From the NCBI GenBank assembly GCA_035620515.1, contig DASPGR010000130.1:1-46832 (forward strand): a DNA stretch of 46,832 bases. Reading direction: 5' to 3'. The position numbers and the translations under genes are program-made. Positions 10,853 to 20,897 of the stretch are shown here, piece by piece. Source of the stretch: Burkholderiales bacterium. Lineage in GTDB: Bacteria; Pseudomonadota; Gammaproteobacteria; Burkholderiales; SG8-41. The notes under the pieces were generated by a model. The model was not told where the DNA came from, did no database searches, and saw only the letters and a list, made by a program, of their open reading frames with translations. How positions within the stretch are numbered: position 1 is the stretch's first letter; every line of letters starts with the position of its first letter.

Positions 10853-13800
10853 CTACGCGTTCTGCGCGCCGGATCCTTCGGCGCGGGTAAGGCCGGCCAG
10901 AGCGAGTATGCCTTCCAGGGGAATGCGTGCCCACCCCGGACGGTTGTTGATCTCGTAGCGCAGTTCGTAGAGCGCTTTCTCGAGCTCGAAGAGCTGTAGG
11001 AGGCCCTGGATCTCCTCGAACGAGGCGTAGAGACCGCTGCCGCGCGCCGCTTCGTCGTAAGCCTCGAGAAAGGCACTCCGCACCTGGGGCTCCCAGGTCG
11101 CCGCGAGGGGCGCGAGCCGCGCGCCGTCCTCGGGGGCGTGCATCACGCGCCGCAACGCGGTCCAGCGCGCATAGTTGAAGGAACGCAGCATGCCGGCGAC
11201 ATCGCGCAGCGGCGAGTACTTGCGGGTGCGCTCGGCGAGCGGCCGCGCCGGCTCGCCCTCGAAATCGATGATGATGAAGTCGTTGCTCGACACCAGCACC
11301 TGCCCCAGATGGTAGTCGCCGTGGTAACGCGTCTTCAACGTATAGCGGGCCGGCATGGCGCAGTCGTCGATGCGGGCAAAGAGCCGCTTCTGGCCGTCGA
11401 GCAGCATTTGCGCCTGCTGGCGGGACGTCAGCACGAGCTGGCCCATCTGCCGCTCGAGGAACTTGAGCGTCGCCGCCGCTTCCTCGTGCACCGCACGCCT
11501 GAAGTCCGCCAGGTCCTCCGCCGTGACAGGCTCCGGATCAAAAGCCGGATCGCCGGACTTGAACGCAAACGCCAGGTGCAGCTCGGCGGTACGCTTGCCG
11601 AGCGTGCGCACGAGGGACAGATACGCTCCGTGCGCGTCCTCCGCCATGGTGTCGGTGGCGGCGCGATGGCTCTCGAAGAAACGCTCGAGATACGCGACCG
11701 TGTAGTTCCAGCCGTCCCCCTGGTTCGAGACGTAGCCCTGCAGGAGCGCCAGCGTCATCGACGCGCCGTCCTTGGCGACGTACTCGAGCGCCCCGGCGAC
11801 GCGCGCGCAGTTCGGAAAATTCGCGACCTCGGTGAGATAGCGGCCTACCTGGAGCTCCGGATTCACGCCGGGACGGACGCGGCGGTAGCCCTTGAGGAAC
11901 AGGCGCTGGCCGAGGGTCACGACGGTATTACTGCTCTGTACCTGGGGACGGCCTACGGGAAGCTCGGCGACTGCGTCACCGGCGAGTTCGGCAAACGCGG
12001 CGCTGGGCGTGAAGCGCAGCGTACCGTTCGTTGCCTGGACCTCCGCCCGGGCCTCGATCGCCTGCACGACGGCGCGGCAGAAACGTTCGTCGGAAAGCGC
12101 GTCGGCCATGGCGCCCACGTTCGCCTGCTGGCGCACCCGGGCGATCGTCGCCGGCGCGAGCGCGCGCAGCCGCTCCTCATCGCCGGATTCCCATGCGAGC
12201 GCGAGCGGCACGAAGTACGTCGCGGGCTCGGCGCCGCCCTCCGTTTCGACCAGGGTCAGCAGCCACGTCTGAGGCTTGACGCTCCACTGCGCGTATTCGG
12301 TCAACTTCGCCCGCTTGATCGGATCGCCTTTCGCCCCGTACCAGCGCTGCGCCTCGATGTGGCGCGGCAGGACCTCCTGCTCGAACTGGGCGCGGATCTT
12401 CTCCGCCATGCGCATGCGCCACGGCACGACGCGCTCGCGGAATAGGCTCGTCCATCCATCGAAAAGCACTACGACCGGCAGGTCCTCACGCGCGAGCCGC
12501 TCTTCGTGCCACTTCGGAACTTCGACGTCGACCGCCAGCCGGAACCAGAAAAAGCCGTGGGCGGGGAGCGTCAGCAGGTAGGGCAGCTCCCCGATCGGGG
12601 GAAACGGGTTGCGCCCGATCATCTCGACCGGCACCCGCCCGCGGAAGCGCGTCAAGTCGAGCTCGACCGGCTGCGCCGAGCGTGAGACGTTCGCTACGCA
12701 CAGGATCGCCTCCTCGCCGTGCTCGCGCAGGTAGGCGAGCACCTTGCGGTTGCCCGGGCGCAGGAACGTGATTCTCCCGCGTCCGAACGCCTGGCTCGTC
12801 TTGCGCACCGCAAGGATGCGCCTCATCCAGTGGAGAAGCGAGGACGGATCCCGCAGCTGCGATTCGACGTTGACCGCCTCGTAGCCGTAGATCGAGTCCA
12901 TGATCGGCGGCAGGTACAGCCGCTGCGGGTCGGCTCGCGAGAAGCCCGCGTTGCGATCGGGGCTCCACTGCATCGGCGTGCGCACCGCGTTGCGGTCCCC
13001 GAGATAGATGTTGTCGCCCATGCCGATCTCGTCCCCGTAGTAGATGATCGGGGAGCCGGGCATCGAGAGGAGAAGGCTGTTCATCAGCTTGATGCGGTCG
13101 CCGTCGTTCTGCATGAGCGGCGCGAGACGGCGCCGGATGCCGAGATTGATGCGCGCGCGGGGATCCGCCGCGTACATCTGATACATGTAGTCGCGCTCCT
13201 TGTGCGTCACCATCTCCAGCGTCAGCTCGTCGTGGTTCCTCAGGAAGACCGCCCACTGGCAGATCTCGGGAATATCGGGCGTCTGGCGCATGATCTCGAC
13301 AACGGGGTGGCGGTCTTCCTGCGCGATCGCCATGTAGATGCGCGGCATCAGGGGAAAGTGGTAGGCCATGTGGCACTCGTCTCCAGTGCCGAAGTACTCG
13401 GAGACGTCTTCCGGCCACTGGTTGGCCTCGGCGAGAAAAACCTTGTTCCGGTAATGGCGGTCGAGCTCGGCGCGGATATGCTTGATGAGCTGGTGTGTCT
13501 CCGGCAGGTTTTCGTTGTTGGTGCCGTCGCGCTCGACGAGATACGGGATCGCATCGAGCCGCATCCCGTCGACGCCCATGTCGAACCAGTGCCGCATGAC
13601 CTTCAACACGGCCTGCACCACGTGCGGGTTGTCGAAGTTGAGATCAGGCTGGTGCGTGAAGAAGCGGTGCCAGTAGTAGGCCTTCGCCACCGGGTCCCAG
13701 GCCCAGTTCGAGCTCTCGGTGTCGGTGAAGATGATGCGTGTCTCGGGCCATTTCTGATCGGTGTCGTTCCAGACGTAGAACTGGCGCTTGGGCGTATCGG

Positions 13801-14194
13801 CAGGCGCCCGCCGCGCCGCCTGGAACCAGGGATGCTGGTCGGACGTGTGGTTGATGACCAGCTCGGTCAGAACGCGAAGGCCGAGGCTGTGGGCTTCCCG
13901 CATGAACTGCCGGAAGTCGGCGCGCGTGCCGTAGTCGGGATGAATGTTGTGGTAGTCCGCGATGTCGTAGCCGTCATCCTTCAACGGCGACGGATAGAAC
14001 GGCAGCAGCCAGATCGCGGTCGCGCCGAGATCGCGCACGTACTCGAGCTTCTCGGTAAGGCCCCGGAAGTCGCCGATCCCGTCGCGGTTGCTGTCGTTGA
14101 AGGCACGGACATGCACCTGGTAGATGACCGCGTCCTTGTGCCAGAGCGGATCGTCCTCCAGCTCGTCCTTGCGGTTGCGTGCGGGATCGGCCAT
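10853..14194 (-). CDS. treS: Trehalose synthase fused to maltokinase (TreS-Pep2/Mak)
   Basis: 1113 aa. The N-half is GH13 TreS (AVIYQVHVRAFNDSNRDGIGDF, LLPFYPSPLKDDGYD, LVINHTSDQHPWF, GMRLDAIPYL, FLRNHDELTLE). The C-half is a kinase-like maltokinase (YHGDYHLGQVLV, DFIIIDFEGEP). It starts 8 nt after the glgE stop. Confidence 0.9.
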   Translation of the reverse strand: MADPARNRKDELEDDPLWHKDAVIYQVHVRAFNDSNRDGIGDFRGLTEKLEYVRDLGATAIWLLPFYPSPLKDDGYDIADYHNIHPDYGTRADFRQFMREAHSLGLRVLTELVINHTSDQHPWFQAARRAPADTPKRQFYVWNDTDQKWPETRIIFTDTESSNWAWDPVAKAYYWHRFFTHQPDLNFDNPHVVQAVLKVMRHWFDMGVDGMRLDAIPYLVERDGTNNENLPETHQLIKHIRAELDRHYRNKVFLAEANQWPEDVSEYFGTGDECHMAYHFPLMPRIYMAIAQEDRHPVVEIMRQTPDIPEICQWAVFLRNHDELTLEMVTHKERDYMYQMYAADPRARINLGIRRRLAPLMQNDGDRIKLMNSLLLSMPGSPIIYYGDEIGMGDNIYLGDRNAVRTPMQWSPDRNAGFSRADPQRLYLPPIMDSIYGYEAVNVESQLRDPSSLLHWMRRILAVRKTSQAFGRGRITFLRPGNRKVLAYLREHGEEAILCVANVSRSAQPVELDLTRFRGRVPVEMIGRNPFPPIGELPYLLTLPAHGFFWFRLAVDVEVPKWHEERLAREDLPVVVLFDGWTSLFRERVVPWRMRMAEKIRAQFEQEVLPRHIEAQRWYGAKGDPIKRAKLTEYAQWSVKPQTWLLTLVETEGGAEPATYFVPLALAWESGDEERLRALAPATIARVRQQANVGAMADALSDERFCRAVVQAIEARAEVQATNGTLRFTPSAAFAELAGDAVAELPVGRPQVQSSNTVVTLGQRLFLKGYRRVRPGVNPELQVGRYLTEVANFPNCARVAGALEYVAKDGASMTLALLQGYVSNQGDGWNYTVAYLERFFESHRAATDTMAEDAHGAYLSLVRTLGKRTAELHLAFAFKSGDPAFDPEPVTAEDLADFRRAVHEEAAATLKFLERQMGQLVLTSRQQAQMLLDGQKRLFARIDDCAMPARYTLKTRYHGDYHLGQVLVSSNDFIIIDFEGEPARPLAERTRKYSPLRDVAGMLRSFNYARWTALRRVMHAPEDGARLAPLAATWEPQVRSAFLEAYDEAARGSGLYASFEEIQGLLQLFELEKALYELRYEINNRPGWARIPLEGILALAGLTRAEGSGAQNA

Positions 14195-14202
14195 AACGGT
14201 CG

Positions 14203-16233
14203 TCAGGCGAAATACTCGAAATCGCGCTCGGAGCGCAGGCGCTTTTTCACACGGAAGACGTGCGCCTGAGAGTGCTGCGGATCGAGCTGCACGTAATTGC
14301 GCGCGCCCTGCCAGAGATAGCTCGTTCCCGTGAGAAGGTCCTCCACCTCGTAGGCACGGTCGTGATCGATCCGGAGCTCCGCGAGGGGCACGTCGAGCCA
14401 GCCCGCTTGCGGATGATGTGGATCGAGATTGACCGCGACGATGACGACGTTCGCCCGGTCGTCCGTGTACTTGGCGTAGCAGATGACCTCGTCATTGTCG
14501 GTCCCGATGAACAGGATGTTCCATTCCTGCTGCAGCGCAGGGTTCTCCCGCCGTGCACGGTTGACCGACGCGACGAGGCTTCGAAGGCTGTCGGGCCTGG
14601 CGAGGTCCCAGAAGCGCACCTCGTATTTCTCGGAGTTGCGGTACTCCTCGCTGCCCGTCTCGCGCGGAACGTTCTCGCAGTGCTCGAAGGCCGGCCCGTA
14701 GATTCCGTAGTTCGCGCCGAGCGTGGCAGCCAGCACGAACCGCGCCATGAACGCCGGGCGCCCGCCGTGCTGGAGATAGGCCGTCAGTATGTCCGGTGTA
14801 TTGGGCCAGTGATTCGGACGGAAGTATTCGCGCGATGCATGGCGCGAGAGCTCGGTGAAGTACTCCGTCAACTCCGCCTTGGTGTTGCGCCATGGAAAAT
14901 AGGTGTAGGACTGGGTAAAACCGAGCTTCGCCAGCCGGTGCATGACCTTGGGCCGTGTAAAGGCTTCCGAAAGAAACACGGCCTCCGGGTGGTCCCGCTG
15001 GACCTCGGCAATCAGCCACTCCCAGAACGGGAACGGCTTGGTGTGCGGGTTGTCGACACGGAAAATCGTGACGCCCTGATCGATCCAGAACGTGAAAACG
15101 CTCTTCAGCTCCTGCCACAGCGCCTGCCAGTCGTCGGTCTCGAAGTTGAAAGGATAGATGTCCTCGTATTTCTTGGGGGGATTCTCGGCGTACTGCACGG
15201 ATCCGTCCGGACGCCAGCGGAACCACTGCGGGTGCTCCTGGACGTACGGGTGGTCCGGGGCGCACTGGAAAGCGATGTCGAGCGCAACCGCAAGTCCCGC
15301 CTCGTGGGCAGCGCGAACAAGGCGCCGGAAATCATCGAGCGTTCCCAGCGCGGGATTGATGGCCTTGTGCCCGCCCTCGTGCGAGCCGATCGCCCACGGG
15401 CTTCCGGGATCGTCCGGCGTCGCCTTCAGCGCGTTGTTGCGGCCCTTGCGATTGACCCGCCCGATCGGATGGATGGGCGGCAGGTAAAGCACGTCGAAGC
15501 CAAGCTCGACCACATAGGCAAGCCGCATCTCGCAATCGCGGAACGTCCCATGCCGCCCCGGCGCGTCGGCGGTCGATCGCGGGAACATTTCGTACCAGGC
15601 GCTGCAGCGCGCAAGCGGCGCATCAACCGTGAGCGGCAGCTCGGGCGTGTAGTGGGCGGCGAATTCGCGATTGGGGTAGCGGCTCATGAGCGAGTAGAGC
15701 TCGTCGCCCAGCGCGAGATTCCGGCGCGCCTCGAGCGCGTCCTTGCCCTTCAGCTTCTCCGCCAGACCTGACAGCGCCCGCGCATCGGCGCCTTTGGCCT
15801 GCGCGGCGGCGTTCTCAACGATGGCGGCGCCGATCTGGAGCGCCAGCGCCACGTCCTGCGCCTCGACGCGACGTCCGAAGTCCTTCCGCCACGAAACGAA
15901 TTCGTCGATCCACGCGCTGACGGTGTAACGATAACGCCCGGGAGCGCCGACCTGGAACTCGCCGCGCCAGCGGTCGTTGTCCACGAATTGCATCTCGATC
16001 TCGTTCCACTCCGACGCGTGCTCGGCGCGATGCCGCAGCACGCAGCACAGCGTGTCGTGGCCGTCGCCGAACACGTCCGCTTCCACCGCGAGGCGGCTCC
16101 CGGCCGCGCGCTTGACCGGAAAGCGCCCGCCATCGACGGAGGGAAACACGCCCTCGATGACCGCGCGCCGGCGACCCTCATCGGGTCGGTTTTTCACTGC
16201 CGTCCTCCCTTGCCGCGGCGACGCTCTACTCAT
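14203..16233 (-). CDS. glgE: Alpha-1,4-glucan:maltose-1-phosphate maltosyltransferase
   Basis: Start chosen at ATG 16233 (MSRASPRQG). The ORF extends to 16323, but that extension would overlap otsB. Motifs: VIEGVFPSVDGGRFPVKR, DVLYLPPIHPIGRVNRKGRNN, GSPWAIGSHEGGH, FRVDNPHTKP. Confidence 0.9.
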   Translation of the reverse strand: MSRASPRQGRTAVKNRPDEGRRRAVIEGVFPSVDGGRFPVKRAAGSRLAVEADVFGDGHDTLCCVLRHRAEHASEWNEIEMQFVDNDRWRGEFQVGAPGRYRYTVSAWIDEFVSWRKDFGRRVEAQDVALALQIGAAIVENAAAQAKGADARALSGLAEKLKGKDALEARRNLALGDELYSLMSRYPNREFAAHYTPELPLTVDAPLARCSAWYEMFPRSTADAPGRHGTFRDCEMRLAYVVELGFDVLYLPPIHPIGRVNRKGRNNALKATPDDPGSPWAIGSHEGGHKAINPALGTLDDFRRLVRAAHEAGLAVALDIAFQCAPDHPYVQEHPQWFRWRPDGSVQYAENPPKKYEDIYPFNFETDDWQALWQELKSVFTFWIDQGVTIFRVDNPHTKPFPFWEWLIAEVQRDHPEAVFLSEAFTRPKVMHRLAKLGFTQSYTYFPWRNTKAELTEYFTELSRHASREYFRPNHWPNTPDILTAYLQHGGRPAFMARFVLAATLGANYGIYGPAFEHCENVPRETGSEEYRNSEKYEVRFWDLARPDSLRSLVASVNRARRENPALQQEWNILFIGTDNDEVICYAKYTDDRANVVIVAVNLDPHHPQAGWLDVPLAELRIDHDRAYEVEDLLTGTSYLWQGARNYVQLDPQHSQAHVFRVKKRLRSERDFEYFA

Positions 16234-16277
16234 GCATGCCCCTTGCTCCTGAAGAATAGCGCAGGGAGCGGCGGCGC

Positions 16278-17114
16278 TCACGCGCCGGCGCTGCTCATCG
16301 CCTTGTCGTCTGCCTGCCGCCAATGCTGCAGAAATGCGATGAGCTCCCGCGGCGGCCTCAACCGGATATCGGCCAACGTCTCGCGCGGCTCCGCCCGCAC
16401 GAGCACGGCGAGCCCGCGACCCTTGATCGCGCGGAACGCGTCTTCATCCGTCACATCGTCGCCCAGATAGGCGGCGACGCTCTCCGCGCCGCTTTCTCCC
16501 AGCACCGTCCGCACGGCGTGCTCCTTGTTGGTGCCGTGCGCGCGCAACTCGAAGCCCCCGTCAAAGCCCATCAGCTCGAGCATGCCGTCCGCGGCAAAGG
16601 GCTCCCATGCCGACTGCACCTGCGTTCGCAGACGGGCAATCTTGATCGCCGGCAGACCCCTCCAGTGCAGCGCGATGCTCGCCGGCTTGCGCTCGATGCG
16701 CGCGCCGGTGCGCCGGAAGGAGTCGGCGGCCGTTTCCGCGTGCTCAAGCGCCCGCCGGATTTCAACCGCTGTATCCTGAACGGTGACGGCACCGTCGCCC
16801 GACATGCGCTCCCATCCATGAGCCCCCCAGATTTCGGGAGACCGCCGCAGCGACAGGAGGGCCGCGACCTCGGTCGCGCGCCGCCCGCTCACGATGACCA
16901 CGCGCGTGTCGCCTTGCGCCATCAACGCGTCGAGCAGCTCGACCACCCCGGGATACGGGACAGCCTGCTCGGGCCGGATCTTGAACGGCGCCAGGGTCCC
17001 GTCGTAGTCGAGCATCAGCACGCGCTCGCTTGCCGCCTCAAGCTCCGCGTAGAACGCGGCGAGATCAAAAGTCGGCGTCAGAATCTGCATCGGGCCTGAA
17101 TTAACTGACAGCAC
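16278..17114 (-). CDS. otsB: Trehalose-6-phosphate-phosphatase-family HAD-IIB hydrolase (OtsB-like)
   Basis: Motifs LMLDYDGTLAP, VVIVSGR and YLGDDVTDEDAF. The start is GTG 17114 or ATG 17090 (MQILTPTF). No otsA is present in the window. Confidence 0.8.
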   Translation of the reverse strand: MLSVNSGPMQILTPTFDLAAFYAELEAASERVLMLDYDGTLAPFKIRPEQAVPYPGVVELLDALMAQGDTRVVIVSGRRATEVAALLSLRRSPEIWGAHGWERMSGDGAVTVQDTAVEIRRALEHAETAADSFRRTGARIERKPASIALHWRGLPAIKIARLRTQVQSAWEPFAADGMLELMGFDGGFELRAHGTNKEHAVRTVLGESGAESVAAYLGDDVTDEDAFRAIKGRGLAVLVRAEPRETLADIRLRPPRELIAFLQHWRQADDKAMSSAGA

Positions 17115-17244
17115 CTCGCCGAAAAGTTCCCGTGCGGAAAAACCATTGGAACTAGAACATTAGCATAAGCCGGTGACAGCAGATCGCGGCCCGCTCCGCG
17201 CCCCCGCTCGGCACGCGAAATCGTCTCTCACATGCGTGAAACCG

Positions 17245-17901
17245 TCAGGCGCCTTCCCCGACCAGCACGATATGAACGCGGTACGGACCGTGCGCACCGA
17301 GCGTGACGGTTTGCTCGATGTCGGCCGTCCGGGAAGGGCCCGAAATGAAATTCACTGCCCGCGGCGCCTGTCCGAGCTCGATTCGCATCAGCTGCCAGGC
17401 TTCCTCCATGCCCGGCACGATGCGGTTTTTTTCCACAATGGCCACGTGCGTTTCGGGGAGCAGGCTCGCGGCCGAGGGTGTTTGCGGGCCTGACAGCATC
17501 ATCAGCGTCCCGGTCTCGGCGATTGCGCAGAACGATCCCGTAATTCCTATGAGGTCGCTCGCGCGCGCCGGTCGCCTCGCGATCCCTATCCCGGCGGCGC
17601 GCCAGTCGAGCAAGCAAAGCGCATCCCAGCACACGGCTTCCCGCGGCAACTGCTGCGCATCGAGGTAGGCTGCGATGCACGCCGGCACGGCAGCCATCGA
17701 TTCCACCTCGTCGACAGTACTGGCAAGCTTCAACGCCTCTGAGCGAAAACGCGCGACCGGATCCCAGCTCACAGCCGGGCGCGGGTTTTGCGGATGCGCT
17801 GCGATGTGGGCCCGCACGGCTTCGCGCGCCGCTGAATCGGTCGCAGAACCTTTCGCCTGCCTGGCGCGAATCCGGGTCAGGATGTTCTCGCGTGCACTCA
17901 T
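17245..17901 (-). CDS. lutC: Lactate utilisation protein C (LUD/DUF162 domain)
   Basis: 218 aa beginning MSARENILTRIRA. It also has GITGSFCAIAETGTLMM and SGPSRTADIEQTVTLGAHGP, typical of LutC/YkgG. Confidence 0.85.
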   Translation of the reverse strand: MSARENILTRIRARQAKGSATDSAAREAVRAHIAAHPQNPRPAVSWDPVARFRSEALKLASTVDEVESMAAVPACIAAYLDAQQLPREAVCWDALCLLDWRAAGIGIARRPARASDLIGITGSFCAIAETGTLMMLSGPQTPSAASLLPETHVAIVEKNRIVPGMEEAWQLMRIELGQAPRAVNFISGPSRTADIEQTVTLGAHGPYRVHIVLVGEGA

Positions 17902-17930
17902 CGTACGGAGGTCTCGTCTCGCGTGCGGCG

Positions 17931-19451
17931 TCAGCCGAGCGTGGGCATATTGAGGCCCGGCGCCGGCGTGTCCTGGTGCGGCCAGCGGGTGGTGACGACC
18001 TTGGTGCGCGTGTAGAACTTGACGCCTTCCACCCCGTGCACATGGAGATCTCCGAAGAGCGAGTTCTTCCAGCCGCCAAAAGAATAGAACGCAACCGGCA
18101 CCGGAATCGGCACGTTGATTCCCACCATGCCGACCTGGATCTCGTTCTCGAACCGCCTTGCGGCACCACCCGATTCCGTGAAGATCGCCGTGCCATTGGC
18201 GTACGGGTTGCGATTGACGAGATCGATTGCGTCTTCGAGCTTCTCGGTTCGCAGGACAACGAGCACGGGACCGAAGATCTCGTCCTGGTAGATCTTCATC
18301 TCGGGCTTCACGTTGTCGAAGAGCGTGGTTCCCAGGAAGAAACCGGCCTCGTGCCCCGGAATCTTGAGGCCCCGTCCGTCGACCACGAGCTTCGCCCCTT
18401 CCTTGACGCCTTGATCGATGTAGCCCGAAACCTTGTCGCGGTGCTGGGCCGTGACGAGCGGGCCCATCTCAACACCTTCCTTGTCGCCCGGGCCGACCAT
18501 GATGGCCTCGGCCTTCTTCTTGAGCAGTGCCACAAGCGGATCCCCGGCCGCGCCGACCGCGACCACCGCAGAGATTGCCATGCAGCGCTCTCCTGCGGAG
18601 CCGTACGCGGCGCCGATCAACGCATCGGCGGAAAATTCGAGATCGGCGTCCGGCAGCACGACCGCGTGGTTCTTGGCACCGCCGAGCGCCTGCACGCGTT
18701 TTCCGTTCCTTGCGCAGGTTTCATAGATGTACTTCGCGATCGGGGTCGATCCCACGAAGCTCACGGCGGAAATGCCTGCGTGATTGAGAATCGCGTCGAC
18801 TGTCTCCTTGTCGCCGTGCACGACGTTGAAAACGCCGTCCGGGAGTCCGGCCTCCCTGAAGAGCTCCGCCATGCGCATCGACGCGGACGGCACCTTCTCG
18901 GATGGCTTGAGGATGAACGTGTTGCCGCAGGCGATGGCCACCGGGAACATCCACAACGGCACCATGACCGGAAAATTGAACGGGGTAATCCCTGCGCAGA
19001 CCCCGATGCCCTGTCGCACCGTGTGGCAATCCACCCCCGAGCCCACGTTCTCCGAATGCTCGCCCTTGAGCAGGTGCGGAATGCCGCAGGCGAATTCCAC
19101 CACCTCGATGCCGCGCTGCACGGAGCCCATCGCATCGGGCAAGGTCTTGCCGTGCTCTTCCGTCACGAGACGGGCAAGCTCCTGCTGATGGCCCTGAAGC
19201 AGTTGCAGGAATTTCTGCATGACGCGCGCCCGCCTGAGCGGCGGGGTGTCGCGCCAGGCGGGATACGCGCTGGCCGCAGCCTTGACCGCCGTATCGACGT
19301 CCGCGGCGTTGCAGAACGGAACCCGGCGTGTCAGGGCTCCGGTTGCCGGATTCGTCACGTCGCCGAAGCGGGACGCGGTGGCCCGGCGGCGTTTTCCGTC
19401 GACCCACATCTCGACGCTCGCCACGGCCTTCCCCTCAGCTGGCTTGTTCAT
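17931..19451 (-). CDS. mmsA: CoA-acylating methylmalonate/malonate-semialdehyde dehydrogenase
   Basis: ATG 19451 (MNKPAEGK) overlaps the lutB stop (ATGA) and has AGGAGAGGA just upstream. The upstream 147 aa of the ORF are junk. The fold is ALDH with MSDH-specific ALGGAKNH (no general-base Glu) and GSAGERCMA (catalytic Cys). Confidence 0.9.
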   Translation of the reverse strand: MNKPAEGKAVASVEMWVDGKRRRATASRFGDVTNPATGALTRRVPFCNAADVDTAVKAAASAYPAWRDTPPLRRARVMQKFLQLLQGHQQELARLVTEEHGKTLPDAMGSVQRGIEVVEFACGIPHLLKGEHSENVGSGVDCHTVRQGIGVCAGITPFNFPVMVPLWMFPVAIACGNTFILKPSEKVPSASMRMAELFREAGLPDGVFNVVHGDKETVDAILNHAGISAVSFVGSTPIAKYIYETCARNGKRVQALGGAKNHAVVLPDADLEFSADALIGAAYGSAGERCMAISAVVAVGAAGDPLVALLKKKAEAIMVGPGDKEGVEMGPLVTAQHRDKVSGYIDQGVKEGAKLVVDGRGLKIPGHEAGFFLGTTLFDNVKPEMKIYQDEIFGPVLVVLRTEKLEDAIDLVNRNPYANGTAIFTESGGAARRFENEIQVGMVGINVPIPVPVAFYSFGGWKNSLFGDLHVHGVEGVKFYTRTKVVTTRWPHQDTPAPGLNMPTLG

Positions 19452-20848
19452 CGTCCTCTCCTGTAGAGCTCCCGGAAGGTTTTGCCCTGCGGCGCGGGCA
19501 TGTCGCGGCCGGCGGTCCACCCGCCGGCCATCGGCAGCCGGTGAATGAGGCGCTCGCGCCCGCCCACCATGGAAAGCAGCCGCACCCCGATGGAAGCCGC
19601 AAGTGCATATAGTGCGGGACGCTCCGCCACCCAGCACCACAGGCGGAAGGCGGCGCGCTCGGTCCAGGGCTTCAATCCCTGCGCAAATTGCTGCTCGCGC
19701 AATTTGCGGAGCAGGTCCGGCAGCGGGATCTTGACCGGGCATACGACGCCGCACTGGTTGCACATCGTCGCCGCATTGGGCAAATCGAGGGCATTCTCCA
19801 GCCCGACGAAGCTCGGAGTCAGCACCGAGCCCATCGGCCCCGGATAGACCCAGCCATAGGCATGACCTCCCACGCTCTGGTAGACCGGGCAATGATTCAT
19901 GCAGGCGCCGCAGCGTATGCAGCGCAACATCGGCTGCAGCTCCGTTCCAAGCAGACCTGTGCGGCCGCCGTCGAAAAGAATGACGTGGAAATGCTCTGGC
20001 CCGTCGTGCTCGTCGCTGCCCCTCACACCGGTCGTGACCGAGATGTAGTTCGAGATCGACTGGCCCGTACCATGCGCCGGCAGCAGACGCATGAGCGTGG
20101 CGGCATCCTCGAGCGTCGGCAGGATTTTCTCGATCCCGGTAATCGCCACGTGCACGCGGGGAAGTGTCGTCACCATGCGTCCGTTGCCCTCGTTCGTGAC
20201 GATCAGCGTCGAGCCCGTCTCCGCGATGGCGAAATTCGCGCCCGAGATTCCCATCTCTGCAGTAAGAAAATGCCCTCGCAGGCGCTCACGCGCCTCGCGC
20301 GTCAACGCCGCGATGTCGGTCTTGCGCGCCGTGTGGTGTTTCTCCGCAAAGAGATCGGACACCTCGTCGCGCGTCTTGTGCACGACCGGGGCGACGATAT
20401 GCGAAGGCGGTTCTTTCGCGAGCTGCAGGATGTACTCGCCGAGATCCGTTTCCACGACTTCGATGCCGGCCGCCTCGAGCGCATCGTTGAGCGCGCACTC
20501 CTCCGTCACCATGGATTTCGACTTGACGGCCTTGCGCACGCCGTGGCGGCGCGCGAGATCGCACACGATCCGGTTCACTTCCTCGTGCGTCTCGGCCCAA
20601 TGCACCTCGGTGCCGCGAGCCGTGGCATTGCGCTCGAATTCGTCCAGATAGATGTCGAGCCGGGAGAGCACCCGATCGCGTATCGCCGCGGCAGCGTCGC
20701 GAATTGCGTCGAAATTGTCGAGCTCGGCGACCCGCAGCGCGCGCCCGCGCACGAAGTTGCCCTGCAGCCTGTTGAGCGCACCCTGGAGATTGCGGTCTGC
20801 GAGCTTCTCCCGTGCCCGCGCCTTGAAATGCATTGAGGTAATTTGCAT
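19448..20848 (-). CDS. lutB: Lactate utilisation protein B (LUD domain plus 4Fe-4S ferredoxin motifs)
   Basis: 466 aa with CIRCGACMNHCPV and CNQCGVVCPVKIP cluster motifs and an IVAPVVHKTRDEV LUD region, as in LutB/YkgF. Confidence 0.9.
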   Translation of the reverse strand: MQITSMHFKARAREKLADRNLQGALNRLQGNFVRGRALRVAELDNFDAIRDAAAAIRDRVLSRLDIYLDEFERNATARGTEVHWAETHEEVNRIVCDLARRHGVRKAVKSKSMVTEECALNDALEAAGIEVVETDLGEYILQLAKEPPSHIVAPVVHKTRDEVSDLFAEKHHTARKTDIAALTREARERLRGHFLTAEMGISGANFAIAETGSTLIVTNEGNGRMVTTLPRVHVAITGIEKILPTLEDAATLMRLLPAHGTGQSISNYISVTTGVRGSDEHDGPEHFHVILFDGGRTGLLGTELQPMLRCIRCGACMNHCPVYQSVGGHAYGWVYPGPMGSVLTPSFVGLENALDLPNAATMCNQCGVVCPVKIPLPDLLRKLREQQFAQGLKPWTERAAFRLWCWVAERPALYALAASIGVRLLSMVGGRERLIHRLPMAGGWTAGRDMPAPQGKTFRELYRRGR

Positions 20849-20891
20849 GGGCGTCGCTGCGGGATTGGGAGACTGGAAGCCGGGAGCGATG

Positions 20892-20897
20892 ATTATA
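20892..20897 (-). promoter_or_regulatory. Perfect TATAAT (minus strand), 43 nt upstream of the lutB ATG
   Basis: The minus strand reads ...GGGCGAACGCCCGCGCTATAATCATCGC... I found no convincing -35 element. Confidence 0.3.
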
